Part shown: positions 62,500 to 64,000 of the stretch, one piece after another | Layout: each line of letters begins with the position of its first letter | Position numbering within the stretch: the stretch's first letter is position 1 | Assembly (NCBI GenBank): GCA_964036045.1 | Contig: OZ038378.1 | Coordinates: 30,194,001-30,258,000 of the forward strand | DNA length: 64,000 bases | Reading direction: 5' to 3' | Source: Eutreptiella sp. 'Long Island Sound 2002' | Lineage: Eukaryota > Protista > Euglenida | Made by a program: the position numbers and the translations under genes | The notes under the pieces: model-generated | What the model saw: only the letters and a program-made list of their open reading frames with translations | The model's database searches: none | What the model was told of the DNA's origin: nothing

Positions 62500-64000
62500 G
62501 AAGGCAAAACTGAAACCTTTGGAGGTATTTAGCTCGTAATCAGTCCCCACTCCCTCAAAAGAGGAAAAACTATGGACTTTTGGCCACACATCAAAGAAGG
62601 TATTCTCATTCAACGTCTGGACTTCCATTTCCCTCGCTAGCAATGCAGCCGGCTGCTCAAACTCAAGGGGGGCGGCAAGTGTCTCTCCCTTTAATTACGA
62701 GGCTGTTATAATCAGCCAAGATGATGAGTGCTGTACACCCCAACGCACCCCGAATGTCCAACCACTGCTGATACCTCAGTGAACGTTTATAGTAGAAATG
62801 CGCCACCATCACCTTAACTACAAAATCCCCCTGTGGCAGCTATGCCACCACCAATGTGCACGAAATGACTTCAAAAGAGAACAGATTCCACTATCCTCTC
62901 TTCCAGATCAAGGCCACTCCTTCCCTCCTGACCGTTCCCTTGAATGAATAACCCAACTTATTAAGGTCACACGCACATCGATCAACTTCCGCGGATGAGG
63001 AGATATGTGGGTCCTGGGTTCCAATGATATCCCGGGACTCCGGTCTTGCACAATGAGCAATCATCGAATCACGTCACTTTCCATTTTCCGCTGCGATAGC
63101 TATTAAGTAACCCGTCCACATTGAAGGTCATCACCCTTAGTGAAGTGGTAGAAAAGCGCTCATATACCATTGGAGCTTGAGGCATCCCTGCTAATCGTTA
63201 GCACACCGCTGAAGCTTCATTCGTCTCAACAAGGTTCGGACGTCGGAGTTGATACCCATCGCATAATCCATTTCCTTGGTTGTCATCAACTTGGGAGGTT
63301 GGTCTTGTTGAGGGCGAGACTTGATTGCCTCCGAGACCACGTCTTTTTGAGCCACGTACTCGGACTCCGAGACAATGGTCACCGAATCCTTACCACTGAC
63401 CCCATGAAACACCATGCGGAAGGGAAGCCGGTTCCTCCCTTGTAATGCTCCAGGTTGCTGTAATGCTCCAGGTTGCTGTCCGCATCTCTCCAACGCTGAA
63501 CTGCATACAGTCAACAACCACCTCCCTGCTTTTTGCGCACAAGGCGAATACCGCCGCCATGTCAGCTTGATCCCAACACAGAGGCACATTAACCGCGAAC
63601 ACATTGGTGACTTTGGATTTGTTCCAATGTTCCAGTAGTGTGGGTTGCGTGTTGTCATCAACCGAAAGAAACTCCCCAGATGCAAAATCTTTGAAAGAGA
63701 GGCCCATAGACAATGCAAGATGAACATGCTGCTTCTAGAGAATTTCCCATCCTGACTCTGAGACACCCACGAGCATTTTCGACGGCCCGAGAATTTGGAT
63801 ACGAATCATGGGCTTGTCACCGAACAGGACTTGCAACGGCCAATACATGCCGAGAAGGGTGGAAAACGTGAAGGGCGACCATAACGCTTTGAAGGACTTC
63901 TTGACGAATGCCTCAAATACTCGATGCATGGACTTGATTCCATCACCCTGAGACCACGTCACAGGGCGAATGGCAAAGTATGAAGCAGATCCGTGCGTGT
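62500..64000 (-). mobile_element. Decayed LINE-like 5' half: ORF1-like (possible RRM) region and APE/EEP endonuclease remnant
   Basis: LRVMTFNVDGL (~63145-63113), DIIGTQDPH, IILADYN (~62730-62708), FFDVWPKVH, across stops and frameshifts. Upstream NVFAVNVPLCWDQADMAAVF is RRM-like. Runs off the window; no clear RT downstream. Confidence 0.6.

Overview
Eukaryotic, repeat-saturated DNA with GT-AG introns, microsatellites, poly-G tracts and nested transposons. There is no operon, rRNA, tRNA or CRISPR, and the lineage cannot be fixed from sequence alone. The main result is a three-gene DNA transposon at ~95-7434, bounded by ~170-bp inverted repeats. It carries (i) a PhyH-type 2OG-Fe(II) dioxygenase ORF, (ii) a decayed gene for an unknown coiled-coil protein, and (iii) a DDE transposase with the RAG1/Transib (CMC-Transib clade) signature D..DxK..CxxC..HxxxxH-x19-E. 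All three genes are separated by palindromic arrays of an 11-bp CTCA(G/C)TGAG motif. A second, highly diverged and decayed element with the same gene order lies on the minus strand at ~52000-61830. Its transposase is split between the HxxxxH motif and the catalytic Glu by a retroelement with a GTACAA target-site duplication, and a different 11-bp palindromic array family (CGCTAGAACGT) lies next to it. The rest of the window holds a probable host gene with a TE-filled ~13-kb intron, a decayed LINE whose RT has an unusual ~160-aa insertion, several minisatellites, a ~2.685-kb x ~8 macrosatellite (26.3-48.3 kb) with a scrambled/inverted left edge, and a LINE-like APE endonuclease remnant at the right end. 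All family assignments are by eye from motifs; no database search was run.
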